Under the pieces are notes generated by a model. That model worked only from the letters and a program-made list of their open reading frames with translations, was not told the DNA's origin and made no database searches. A program made the translations under genes and the position numbers. DNA of 64,000 nt from Vicinamibacteria bacterium. GTDB taxonomy: Bacteria > Acidobacteriota > Vicinamibacteria > Marinacidobacterales > Marinacidobacteraceae. The stretch covers positions 1,376,001 to 1,440,000 of the forward strand of contig OY729431.1 of NCBI GenBank assembly GCA_963422395.1, read 5' to 3'. This document shows, in pieces, positions 46,824-56,488 of the stretch (position 1 is the first letter of the stretch; each line of letters begins with the position of its first letter).

Positions 46824-47984
46824 ATGAATAGAAGAGCGCTGCTGAGGGCGGGCAGCTCGGGCCTTTTGGGCTGGGGACTCGCCGGCTGTGCGGCGCGTTC
46901 CGACCTCGCGCGCCCCCGCCTCCCGTTTCGCCTCGCGCCGGTGCGGGCCGAGCGGAACCGGGTGATCCGCACGACGGTGGGGTTGCGGCCGTACCGCCCT
47001 TCGGGCTTCCTGCTGCGCGCGGAACGATTCGACCAGACAACGGTGGTCCACGACTATGGGCATGGCGGTGCCGGGATCTCGCTCTCGTGGGGCACGGGGA
47101 AGATGGCGGCCGCAATCGCCCTCGAACACCCTGACCGGCGGGCCGCGGTCGTCGGCTGCGGTGCGGTGGGCCTCGCCGCCGCGCGCCAGCTGCAGCGGCG
47201 CGGTTTCGAGGTCACCATCTACGCTGCGGCGGTGCCCCCGAACACGACCTCCAACATGGCCTACGCCGGGTTCACGCCTGGGGCGTGGGCAGTCGAGGAC
47301 ACCCTTCGGACTCCCGCCTGGGATGCCCAGTTCCGTGAGGCAGCCGAAACTTCCTTCCTGGAATTCCAGTGGCTTGTGGGGAAGGGCTACGGTGTTTCCT
47401 GGATCGACCGCTACACGCTGACCGACACTGCGCCCCGTGAGCCGACCGGTGGGGGCGTCCGGCGAATCGAGCCGTTGGTGCCGACCCGCCTCGAAAGCGG
47501 ACGCTTCGTGCTGGGTCCCGGCGAGCATCCCTTTCCCAGTGCCTACGCGATCCGGCGGAACACGATCCGGATCGAGCCCAGCATCTACCTGGATGCGGTG
47601 CTGCGGGATTTTCTCGAGTTCGGCGGGCGCCTCGAGATCCATAGATTCTCCGAAGTCAGGCAACTCGTGGAACTCGAGGAAAACATCGTGATCCACTGCA
47701 CCGGACTCGGAGCTCTCGACCTCGGCGGCGACCCCGAACTCATGCCGCTCAAAGGACAGCTCACCGTGCTCGTCCCTCAGCCCGAAGTCGGGTACTCCGT
47801 TTCCGCGAGCACTTCCGGTGCCCCGGAAGGAGTGCGGGGGCTCGGGATGCTGCCGCGCCGCGACGGGATCGTCCTCGGGAGCACCGCCGAGCGGGGAGAG
47901 TGGTCGCTCGATCCGAATACCGCGGCGCGAAAGCACATCGTCGCCGCCCACCGGGCGATCTACGCAGCGATGGGCGGCGGGTGA
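46824..47984 (+). CDS. FAD-dependent D-amino acid oxidase family protein, Tat lipoprotein
   Basis: RR signal plus LAGC, GLRP, HDYGHGGAGISLSWG, GCGAVG. Confidence 0.85.
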   Translation: MNRRALLRAGSSGLLGWGLAGCAARSDLARPRLPFRLAPVRAERNRVIRTTVGLRPYRPSGFLLRAERFDQTTVVHDYGHGGAGISLSWGTGKMAAAIALEHPDRRAAVVGCGAVGLAAARQLQRRGFEVTIYAAAVPPNTTSNMAYAGFTPGAWAVEDTLRTPAWDAQFREAAETSFLEFQWLVGKGYGVSWIDRYTLTDTAPREPTGGGVRRIEPLVPTRLESGRFVLGPGEHPFPSAYAIRRNTIRIEPSIYLDAVLRDFLEFGGRLEIHRFSEVRQLVELEENIVIHCTGLGALDLGGDPELMPLKGQLTVLVPQPEVGYSVSASTSGAPEGVRGLGMLPRRDGIVLGSTAERGEWSLDPNTAARKHIVAAHRAIYAAMGGG

Positions 47985-49744
47985 GCAGGGATACCGTGCC
48001 GCAGCCCAAGCGAACCGGCGCCCAGATCCTCTGGGAGACCCTGCTCCGCGAAGGGGTGCACACGGTTTTCGGCTACCCCGGCGGCGCGATCCTGCCAGCC
48101 TACGACGCCATGCTGGATTACCCGATCCGGCACATCCTCGTCCGCCATGAGCAGGGCGCGACCCACATGGCCGACGGGTATGCGCGGGCGAGCGGGAAAG
48201 TGGGAGTGGCGGTCGCCACCTCGGGACCTGGGGCGACGAACATGGTCACCGGGATCGCGACCGCGATGCTGGATTCGTCACCGATCCTCTGCGTGACCGG
48301 ACAGGTCGGGAGCCGACTCATCGGGACCGATGCCTTCCAGGAGACCGATGTGACGGGCGTCACGCTGCCGATCACGAAACACAACTACCTGATCACCGAG
48401 GTCGACGACATCGCGCCCGCGATCCACGAAGCCATGCATGTCGCCCGTTCGGGCCGCCCCGGACCGGTGCTGGTGGACATCACCAAGGATGCGCAGCAGG
48501 CCGAAACCGACGGCGAGTGGGACCCGGCCGACATCGCTCTGCCGGGCTACCGGCCCGACCCCCGGCCCCCGGAGTCGGAGTTTCGCCGCGCCGCGGCGAT
48601 GCTGAATGCCGCGAGCCGCCCGGTCATTCTGGCGGGCCACGGCATCCTGATCTCGGAAGCCATGGCCCCGGTGCGCGAACTCGCCGAGCGGGCCCGAATT
48701 CCGATCGCGATGACCCTCTTGGGCATCGGCTCGGTGCCGGCGGTGCACCCGCTGAACATGGGGATGATGGGGATGCACGGCGAATCCTGGGTCAACCGCG
48801 CGATCCAGAAGGCGGATCTGCTCCTGGCGCTGGGGATGCGTTTCGACGACCGTGTGACCGGCAAACTGCAGAAGTACGCGCCCAACGCCCGCAAGATCCA
48901 CATAGACATCGACCCCGCCGAGTTCAACAAGAATGTCCGGGTGGATGTGGCGCTCGCCGGGGATCTTTCAGCGGTGCTCGCCGACCTCTTGCCGGTGATC
49001 GAGGCCCGCGATCGCTCCGAGTGGCTCGAAACCATCGCCGCTCTGAAAGGGAACACCGCGGTCCGGGATATCCAGAACCTGCCCGACGATGGCCGCTTCT
49101 ACGCCGCGCATGTCATCCACGACATCTGGCGGAGGACCGGCGGCAAGGCGGTGGTGGCGACCGATGTCGGGCAGCACCAGATGTGGGAGGCCCAGTACTA
49201 CCGCCACGACGAGCCTCGATCTCTCATCACTTCCGGAGGCCTCGGGACGATGGGCTTCGCGCTTCCGGCCGCCATCGGCGCGAAGGTCGCCCGCCCCGAC
49301 GAAGAGGTGTGGGTGATCGCCGGGGACGGCGGCTTCCAGATGACCCTGTGCGAACTGGCGACGATCGCCCAAGAGCGGTTGAAGCTGCACATCGCGATCA
49401 TCAACAACGGGTATCTGGGCATGGTGCGGCAGTGGCAGGAGTTCTTCTATGACCGGCGCTATGCCGGCACTCCTCTCCAGAGCCCCGATTTCGCAGCCCT
49501 CGCCCGGAGTTTCGGCCTCGGCGGCGAGACGATCACTTCCAGAAAGGAAGTCGTGGGTGCGGTGGAACGCGCCCGCTCCAGCGAAGGGACGGTGGTCCTC
49601 GATTTCCGAGTGGAGAAGGAGGACACCGTCTATCCGATGGTGCCCACCGGAGCGGAACTCCAGGACATGATCCGGCGCCCCGAGCGAGCGGCGGCCGAAG
49701 AATCCGATGCGGCTCCGGCTGCCGCCGGCGAAATCGAGTGGTGA
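47981..49744 (+). CDS. ilvB: Acetolactate synthase large subunit
   Basis: FGYPGGAI, RHEQGA, TSGPGATN, GDGGFQM...NN. GTGA overlap start. Confidence 0.96.
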   Translation: MSRDTVPQPKRTGAQILWETLLREGVHTVFGYPGGAILPAYDAMLDYPIRHILVRHEQGATHMADGYARASGKVGVAVATSGPGATNMVTGIATAMLDSSPILCVTGQVGSRLIGTDAFQETDVTGVTLPITKHNYLITEVDDIAPAIHEAMHVARSGRPGPVLVDITKDAQQAETDGEWDPADIALPGYRPDPRPPESEFRRAAAMLNAASRPVILAGHGILISEAMAPVRELAERARIPIAMTLLGIGSVPAVHPLNMGMMGMHGESWVNRAIQKADLLLALGMRFDDRVTGKLQKYAPNARKIHIDIDPAEFNKNVRVDVALAGDLSAVLADLLPVIEARDRSEWLETIAALKGNTAVRDIQNLPDDGRFYAAHVIHDIWRRTGGKAVVATDVGQHQMWEAQYYRHDEPRSLITSGGLGTMGFALPAAIGAKVARPDEEVWVIAGDGGFQMTLCELATIAQERLKLHIAIINNGYLGMVRQWQEFFYDRRYAGTPLQSPDFAALARSFGLGGETITSRKEVVGAVERARSSEGTVVLDFRVEKEDTVYPMVPTGAELQDMIRRPERAAAEESDAAPAAAGEIEW

Positions 49745-49751
49745 TCGCGGG

Positions 49752-50342
49752 ATGGCTTCGGGAAGTGCCGAGTCGGTGGGGCCCCGCATCTTCGCGGTCT
49801 GGGTGGAAGATCTCCCCGGAGTGCTGAACCGCGTGACTTCGCTCTTCCGGAGGCGCGGCTTCAACATCGAGTCGCTCTCGGTGGGCCGCGCGAAGGCCCT
49901 CGGCGTTTCGCGGATGACCATCGTGGTGCGGACCGATCCGACGGGGGCGCGCCGGCTCGGGGTCCAGCTTTCGCGCCTCGTGAATGTCCTTCGCATCGAC
50001 GAGATCACCGGCCAACCCTCGGTCCGCCACGAACTGGCCATGTTCAAGATCGAGGCGGGGCCCGAAGCGCGCAGCCAGGTCATCCAGCTCGCCACCGCCA
50101 CCGGCGCCCGGGTAGTGGATGTCGCTCCGGGGTCGGTGGTCATCGAGGCCACGGCCTCGCCGCAGAAAATCGACGGGCTCGCCGAAGTGCTCCGTCCCTA
50201 CGGCGTTCTCGAACAGGTCCGGACCGGCCTGGTCGGCATGGCTCGGGGCGTTTCCAGTGCGATGAGCGACCCCGTGCCCCGCAATCCGCCGAAACCGGCG
50301 CGGCCGCTTCCGGGCGGCGACGACGGAGCCGGTTCCGTCTGA
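49752..50342 (+). CDS. ilvN: Acetolactate synthase small subunit
   Basis: [27 protein letters not shown]. Confidence 0.95.
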   Translation: MASGSAESVGPRIFAVWVEDLPGVLNRVTSLFRRRGFNIESLSVGRAKALGVSRMTIVVRTDPTGARRLGVQLSRLVNVLRIDEITGQPSVRHELAMFKIEAGPEARSQVIQLATATGARVVDVAPGSVVIEATASPQKIDGLAEVLRPYGVLEQVRTGLVGMARGVSSAMSDPVPRNPPKPARPLPGGDDGAGSV

Positions 50343-50395
50343 ACTCTGCTTTTCCTGGTGAAACGCCGAGCGATCCCCCGAGGAGGAATGGCCCG

Positions 50396-51418
50396 ATGGC
50401 CACCATCTACTACGACGACTCAGCCGATCCCGAGCTGATCCGCAACCGCAAGGTCGCCATCTTCGGGTACGGCTCCCAGGGCCATGCCCACGCGCTGAAC
50501 CTCCACGACAGCGGAGTCGAGGTGCGTGTCGCTCTCCGCCCCGAAAGCCGCTCCCGCGTGCGCGCCGAGGCGGACGGCCTCGCAGTGCTCGACGGGGCCG
50601 AAGCGGCTGCTTGGGCCGATGTCGTGGCCATCCTGACCCCCGACACCGGGCAGGCGCGCCTCTACGAGGAGCAGATCGCGCCGCACCTCAGCACGGGGAA
50701 GACTCTGCTGTTCGCCCACGGCTTCAACATCCGGTTCGGGACGATCCGTCCGCCCGCTGCGGTGGATGTCTCGCTCGTCGCGCCGAAGGCTCCCGGCCAC
50801 CGGGTCCGCGAGCTGTTCCTCGAGGGCGGCGGAACGCCGGCTCTGGTGGCAGTGGAACAGGACGCTTCGGGGAGTGCGCTGGCGCTTGCCCTCTCCTATG
50901 CCCGCGGGGTGGGGCTGACCCGAGCCGGAGTCATCCAGACCACCTTCGCCGAGGAGACCGAGACTGATCTCTTCGGTGAACAGAGCGTGCTCTGCGGTGG
51001 AGTGAGCGAGCTGGTCAAGGCGGGCTTCGACACCTTGGTGGAGGCGGGCTACCAGCCGGAAATCGCCTACTTCGAATGCCTCCACGAGCTGAAACTCATC
51101 GTGGACCTGATGTATCGGGGCGGGCTCAATTACATGCGCTACTCGGTGAGCGACACTGCCGAGCACGGCGACTACCACGGCGGCCGCCGCGTCGTCACCG
51201 AGGAAACCCGGGAGGCGATGCAGCGGATCCTCGCCGATGTCCGGAGCGGCGCCTACGCGAAGCGCTGGATCGAGGAAGACCGCGCTGGCCGGCCTGCTTT
51301 CATGGCGCGCCGCCGTGAAGAGCAGGCGCACCCGATCGAGACCGTCGGAGCCGATCTGCGGCGGATGATGCCGTTCCTCGACGCGGTCACGCTGAAGGAG
51401 TCGGTCGGATCGGCCTGA
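50396..51418 (+). CDS. ilvC: Ketol-acid reductoisomerase
   Basis: [27 protein letters not shown]. Confidence 0.97.
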   Translation: MATIYYDDSADPELIRNRKVAIFGYGSQGHAHALNLHDSGVEVRVALRPESRSRVRAEADGLAVLDGAEAAAWADVVAILTPDTGQARLYEEQIAPHLSTGKTLLFAHGFNIRFGTIRPPAAVDVSLVAPKAPGHRVRELFLEGGGTPALVAVEQDASGSALALALSYARGVGLTRAGVIQTTFAEETETDLFGEQSVLCGGVSELVKAGFDTLVEAGYQPEIAYFECLHELKLIVDLMYRGGLNYMRYSVSDTAEHGDYHGGRRVVTEETREAMQRILADVRSGAYAKRWIEEDRAGRPAFMARRREEQAHPIETVGADLRRMMPFLDAVTLKESVGSA

Positions 51419-51513
51419 TTCCGTCTGGCGGACGCCGCTCCCGGGAAAGTGGGCCGGAGGCGCGCTGCCCGTAGAATTCGGCCCCTTCCACCGCCCTTCC
51501 AGGAGATCAGCCC

Positions 51514-54159
51514 ATGCTACGAGTCGGTGTCTTTTCGCTGCTCGCTTTCGGTTCCGCACTCATCGGGGCTCCGTCCGACGCCGCGCCCCAGCCGCCCGCC
51601 GCGGTCCCATCGCCCGCGGAGTTCCTCGGGTTCGAGCCCGGCGACGACTATCAGCTCGCGCTCTGGGATCAACTGACGGGGTACTACGAACAGCTCGCCG
51701 CCGCAAGCGACCGGGTCGAGCTTCGCCGGATCGGCGAATCCGTTCTCGGCCGGCCGCTGATCGTGCTGTTCATCTCCTCGGCGGAGAACCTGGCCGATCG
51801 GAACACGCATCGGGAAACCGCTGCAGCGCTGGCTCGTGCCGAGATTCCGGAGGAAGAGGCGCGGCGTCTCGCGCGCCGAGGAAAGGCGGTCGTCTGGATA
51901 GACGGCGGGCTCCACGCTACCGAAGTGGCCCCGGCCCAGATGATGCCGCTCCTCGCCCATCGGGTGGCGACGGAGGAGTCCGAGGAAATGCGGAAGATCC
52001 GCGACGAAGTGGTGCTGATCCTCATGCCCTGCATGAATCCGGACGGGCTCGACATCGTCGCCTCCTGGTACCAGCGGAACCTGAAGACTCCCTTCGAGAC
52101 CACCCGCCCCCCCGAGCTCTACCACCACTATGTCGGACACGACAACAACCGCGACTGGTTCATGAACAACATGCCGGAGACCGCGGCAGTCAACCGACTG
52201 CTCTATCGGGAGTGGTTCCCGCAGATCGTTTACAACCACCATCAGACCGGCCCCGCCTGGGCGCGGATCTTCCTGCCCCCCTTCGCCGATCCGGTGAATC
52301 CGAGGATCCATCCCGGAGTCACGACCTCCGTCAATCTGGTCGGCGCGGCGATGGCGCATCGCTTCGCCATGGAGGAGATGCCGGGTGCGGTCTCCGACAT
52401 GATCTATTCGATGTGGTGGAACGGCGGAATGCGCACCGTTCCGTACTTCCACAACATGATCGGACTCCTGACCGAAACCTCACACGCTTCGGCGAGCCCG
52501 CGGATCTACGACCCCGAAGAGCGCCCGGAGTTCGTCGGCAACCCGCGCCGGGGGCATGCGGCCCCCACGAATGGCACCGATGTCTTCTATCCATACCCCT
52601 GGGCAGGCGGGGAATCGCGCTTCTCGGATCCGGTCCGATATACGCTGACCGCCTCGATCGCCGTTCTCGACATCGCTGCCGAACTGCGCGAGAAATGGCT
52701 GTTCGATATCTGGCGGATGGGGCGGGATGCCATCGAAGGGAGCGACTCCAGCTGGATCGTCCCCGCCGATCAATGGGATCCGGGGGAAGCGGCCGCACTG
52801 GTGAATGTGCTCCTCGAGGGCGGCCTCCGGATCGAACGCGCCGAGACCGCCTTCGAGGTCGAAGGAGTGGGCTACGGTCCGGGTTCCTGGATCCTCCCCG
52901 GAGCCCAAGCGTTTCGACCCTACCTCGCCGATCTGCTCGAACCGCAGGAATACCCCGACCGCCGGCGCACTCCGGACGGCCCGCCCGATCCACCCTACGA
53001 TCTGGCCGGCTGGACTCTGCCGATGCAGATGGGCGTCCGCGTGGACCGGGTCCCCGAAGTCTCCGGAGTGGATTCGGTCCCGGTCATGGGCCCGGTGAGC
53101 GCGCCGCCAGGAGAGATCTCGGGGCGGGCGAGCTTCGGTTATGCGATCTCGCACCGCCCGAATGCGGCGGTCGTCGCCCAGAACCGACTGCTGGCTGCGG
53201 GAGCCGAAGTCGCATGGGCGGGGGAATCTTTTGCTGGCGACGGCATGGAATTCCCCGCGGGGACCCTGGTGGTGCGTAAATCGGACCCCGCCGACGCCAT
53301 CATCGAGAGCATCGCGTCCGAGCTGGGACTGCCGGTCCAGGGCCTTTCCTCGGCGCCCGGAGTGGAACTCCTCGCCCTCGAACCCGTCCGGATCGGGCTC
53401 TACAAGTCCTTCGCTGCCAGCATGGACGAAGGATGGACGCGCTGGCTGCTCGAGGATTACGAATACGAGCTGACGAGCCTCTCCGATGCCGATGTCCGCA
53501 GCGGCGATCTCTCCCGGCTCGACGCCATCGTGCTGCCGCACCAGGCGGCGGATCAGATCCTGCAAGGGCACGCCTCGGGGACCATGCCAGAGGAATTCAC
53601 CGGCGGACTCGGCCTCGAGGGTTCCCTGGCGCTCCACCGCTTCGTGGAGGGAGGCGGAACGCTCGTGGCTCTCGACGGGGCGAGCGACTTCGTGATCTCC
53701 CAGTTCGGGCTGCCGCTCCGCAACCCGACCGATTCGCTTCCGGCGCGCAGCTTCTTCATTCCCGGCTCCCTGATGCGCGCCACGGTAGATACCTCGCACC
53801 CGCTGGCCTTCGGAATGCGGGATGAGGTCGCCACTCAGTTCGTCAGGAGCCGCGCTTTCGAGGTGGTTCGCCTACCGCGAAGACGGGAGGGCGGAGAGGA
53901 GACCACGATGGAACCGCCGCCGCCGAATGTGGAGGTGGTAGCCCGGTACGCAGAAGAGGACATCCTGATGAGCGGTTGGGCGCTCGGCGAGAAGGACGCG
54001 ATCGGCGGCAAGATCGCTATGGCGCGGGTGCCGGTGGGCAGCGGGGAAGTGGTGCTGTTCGGATTCCGGCCTCAGTTTCGCGGACAATCCCGGGGAACCT
54101 ACAAGCTGCTGCTGAACGCTCTCAACGGAGCGGTGATCGAGGATCTGGGGCCCCGCTGA
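51514..54159 (+). CDS. M14 family zinc carboxypeptidase, secreted
   Basis: GLHATE, NPDG, DNNRD, HHQ, signal peptide, C-terminal GATase-like region. Confidence 0.88.
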   Translation: MLRVGVFSLLAFGSALIGAPSDAAPQPPAAVPSPAEFLGFEPGDDYQLALWDQLTGYYEQLAAASDRVELRRIGESVLGRPLIVLFISSAENLADRNTHRETAAALARAEIPEEEARRLARRGKAVVWIDGGLHATEVAPAQMMPLLAHRVATEESEEMRKIRDEVVLILMPCMNPDGLDIVASWYQRNLKTPFETTRPPELYHHYVGHDNNRDWFMNNMPETAAVNRLLYREWFPQIVYNHHQTGPAWARIFLPPFADPVNPRIHPGVTTSVNLVGAAMAHRFAMEEMPGAVSDMIYSMWWNGGMRTVPYFHNMIGLLTETSHASASPRIYDPEERPEFVGNPRRGHAAPTNGTDVFYPYPWAGGESRFSDPVRYTLTASIAVLDIAAELREKWLFDIWRMGRDAIEGSDSSWIVPADQWDPGEAAALVNVLLEGGLRIERAETAFEVEGVGYGPGSWILPGAQAFRPYLADLLEPQEYPDRRRTPDGPPDPPYDLAGWTLPMQMGVRVDRVPEVSGVDSVPVMGPVSAPPGEISGRASFGYAISHRPNAAVVAQNRLLAAGAEVAWAGESFAGDGMEFPAGTLVVRKSDPADAIIESIASELGLPVQGLSSAPGVELLALEPVRIGLYKSFAASMDEGWTRWLLEDYEYELTSLSDADVRSGDLSRLDAIVLPHQAADQILQGHASGTMPEEFTGGLGLEGSLALHRFVEGGGTLVALDGASDFVISQFGLPLRNPTDSLPARSFFIPGSLMRATVDTSHPLAFGMRDEVATQFVRSRAFEVVRLPRRREGGEETTMEPPPPNVEVVARYAEEDILMSGWALGEKDAIGGKIAMARVPVGSGEVVLFGFRPQFRGQSRGTYKLLLNALNGAVIEDLGPR

Positions 54160-54191
54160 GCCTCTCCACTCGGTTAGAATTCAGCCGTCTC

Positions 54192-54458
54192 ATGTCCAGA
54201 ATCTGCAAACTGACCGGGAAGGGGCCGCTCTCCGGCAACTCGATCAGCCACGCGCACAACAAGAACCGGCGGCGGCAGCTGCCGAATCTGCAGTGGAAGA
54301 CGATCTGGGTGCCTGAATTGGAACGGACGGTGCGCCTCCGCCTCAGCATGCGCGCGCTCCGCACGATCGACAAGAAGGGCCTGATGGATTACCTCAGGGG
54401 CGAAGGCCTGCGGCTGCGGGATGTCCTGCCGCCGCGCGCCCACGCCAGAAGCCTGTAA
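54192..54458 (+). CDS. rpmB: 50S ribosomal protein L28
   Basis: MSRICKLTGK..GNSISHAHNKNRRRQLPNLQ. Confidence 0.95.
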   Translation: MSRICKLTGKGPLSGNSISHAHNKNRRRQLPNLQWKTIWVPELERTVRLRLSMRALRTIDKKGLMDYLRGEGLRLRDVLPPRAHARSL

Positions 54459-54859
54459 AGGGTGCGCGCGAGAGCAAGGCGCCTTCCATTCCTCGGCCCC
54501 ACCGAGGATGTCCCCTCCTGAGATATCCCCTCCGTAGGATCGACTCTTCGAGAGGATCCGCCCTCGTCCCCCCTTCCGTGTCGGTGGGCGGCGAAGAGGT
54601 TGCCGAAGTGCCGTTTGCCGCAGAGCGCCGTTCTGCCGACGGCTCGCCGGATGAGAGGTCCGCTCGATTGCGCCTACGCACAGGTATTCACGAATACGGT
54701 CCGGATGATCGTGGGGGGAGCTGAAAAAGCCCACGTGCACGTCCAGTTCGACGAAGCGCGCGTCCCTACGAGGAGTTTCTCGCCGAGTTCGAGAGCTGGG
54801 CCGGGAATAGGGGCTCCGGGCATGGCAAGCGGCCGGCTGCGCCTGATACCCTCCGTCCC

Positions 54860-55201
54860 GTGAGTCTGGTCGGCCGCGCCTTCGGGACCCGGAAGCCGTT
54901 CATCCCGGCCGATGAAATCGATGCCCTGATCGAGGGGGGGAGCGTGCTCCTGCTCGATGTGCGGACCGCGAAGGAAGTCGAGGAAGCGGGCACGATTCCT
55001 GGAGCGGTGCACATCCACCTGGGAGAGCTGGCGAGACGGCTCGACGAGGTACCGCGCGACCGGCCGGTGCTCCCTACCTGAATGGTGGGGCCCCGCGCTG
55101 CGCGTGCCGCGGCCATTCTGGAGAACGCAGGGTTCGAGGTCGTCGGGTTTTCGGGTCTCCGGCACTACCTCGGCACCCGCGAGTTCCGGCCGATGGCATG
55201 A
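54860..55201 (+). CDS. Rhodanese-domain selenoprotein A (predicted Sec at TGA 55079-55081)
   Basis: LLDVRT..E...GTIPGAVHI...VLPT-[TGA]-MVGPRAARAAAILENAGFE. The rhodanese fold continues in frame past the TGA. Confidence 0.85.
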
Positions 55202-55248
55202 TTCCGAAACTGTCTTATCCCGGGGGAGGATCCATGGAAGAGTTTCCC

Positions 55249-55638
55249 ATGAAGAAAATGCGTCTGTTTTCCGCGACGGTATTGACGGCGGCGGCACTCT
55301 TCGCAGGTTGTGGAGGGGGTGGAACCGCCGCACCCCGCGTGGAAGCATCCGACATAGACGAGATGCTGGAGAGCGGAGTGTTGCTTCTCGATGTGCGCAC
55401 CGACGAAGAGCTCGCCGAGCACGGCACCATCGAGGGTTTCCGGCACATTCCGATCGACGAACTGGAGGCGAGGATCGGAGAACTTCCGAAGGGAGTTCCC
55501 ATCCTCACTGCTTGACAGGGTGGCGGAAGAGCCGCGCGTGCCGCGGAGCTGCTCGAGTCGAACGGATATGAAGTCGCGGGGTTCTGCGGCCTGATGGGCT
55601 ACGAAGGCGACCGGGTCTTTCCCGAATCGGGGAGTTGA
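55249..55638 (+). CDS. Rhodanese-domain selenoprotein B, lipoprotein (predicted Sec at TGA 55513-55515)
   Basis: Lipobox LFAGC. LLDVRT...ILTA-[TGA]-QGGGRAARAAELLESNGYE. Alternative start at 55234. Confidence 0.85.
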
Positions 55639-55639
55639 G

Positions 55640-55692
55640 CTGCAGCGGCACGCCGTCGGGAGAGCTTCGGCAAGCGTGACGGTTTGCTGCAG
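55640..55692. terminator. Hairpin between convergent rhodanese B and lexA
   Basis: CTGCAGC...GCTGCAG outer stem and CCGTC/GACGG inner stem. No clear U-tract. Confidence 0.3.
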
Positions 55693-55712
55693 GAAGATCT
55701 CGAAAAGGGTGG

Positions 55713-56342
55713 TCAACGGATGCGGCGACGCAGCTCCATGACTATCCCGAGAATCCGGCAGGAATCGGGAGGCGGGCGCAGCGTCTCGAAGTCGTGGTTT
55801 TGCGGACGCAGCTCCATTCCGGAAGGCCCCAGATAGAGGGTCTTCACGGTGGCTTCGTCTCCGACGAGCGCTACCACGATCTGTCCGGAAACGGCTCGGA
55901 TGCCGCTTTCCACGATCACCAGGTCACCGGGCAGGATTCCGGCTCCGGTCATGCTTTCGTCGCGAACCCGGAACGCGAAGAAGTCCGAAGGGTCCCGGGT
56001 TTCCGGAATCTCCATCGGGACGCTCCCCTCGGGGTTCTGGATGGCTTCCTCGCCCCCCCCGGCGGGGACCTCTCCCAGGATCGGAATCGATTGGAAACGG
56101 AGCAGAGCCGATCCCGGAAAGGACTGCACTAGAGGCAGCCGGTAGCCGCGAGACCGCCCCGGTTCCTTGATCAGCCGGCCCTCTGCAACCAGTGCAGCAA
56201 GGTGGGCCCGGACGGTTTCGACCGCCCGGAAACCGAAGTGGTCCCCTATTTCCCGGAGGGAGGGGGAGTCCCCCCGAAGCAGGCGGCCGCGGACGAAGAG
56301 GAAGATCCGGTTTCGGGTCTGCCCCGGCGGATTTTTCGGCAC
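55713..56342 (-). CDS. lexA: SOS repressor LexA
   Basis: wHTH PSLREIGDHFG, Ala-Gly cleavage site (VPAG), catalytic Ser (DESM) and Lys (ATVK). GTG start chosen, ATG at 56363 possible. Confidence 0.92.
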   Translation of the reverse strand: MPKNPPGQTRNRIFLFVRGRLLRGDSPSLREIGDHFGFRAVETVRAHLAALVAEGRLIKEPGRSRGYRLPLVQSFPGSALLRFQSIPILGEVPAGGGEEAIQNPEGSVPMEIPETRDPSDFFAFRVRDESMTGAGILPGDLVIVESGIRAVSGQIVVALVGDEATVKTLYLGPSGMELRPQNHDFETLRPPPDSCRILGIVMELRRRIR

Positions 56343-56352
56343 GAATCGAAAT

Positions 56353-56374
56353 ATAGCAGACATTTGTCTGCTAT
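56353..56374. promoter_or_regulatory. Perfect palindrome over the lexA promoter, candidate LexA operator
   Basis: ATAGCAGACA-TT-TGTCTGCTAT overlaps the minus-strand extended -10 TGcTATATT, which ends 7 nt before the GTG. Confidence 0.65.
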
Positions 56375-56488
56375 GCCAGAGAAGTTCGAATACGAATTAC
56401 GGGCCGTGGGAAACAAGGGACCGGGTCCGGAGCAGGTTCGCTGCCGAATCCGGCGGTGCGCCCGGCGGAACCCCGGGCGCCGAAAGCC

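Noticed and set aside
54860-55638. Genome-wide TGA reassignment (genetic code 4/25) as explanation of the read-through
   Set aside because: TGA terminates many conserved genes in the window (mreB, thrS, rpmI, rplT, ilvC) at their normal ends.
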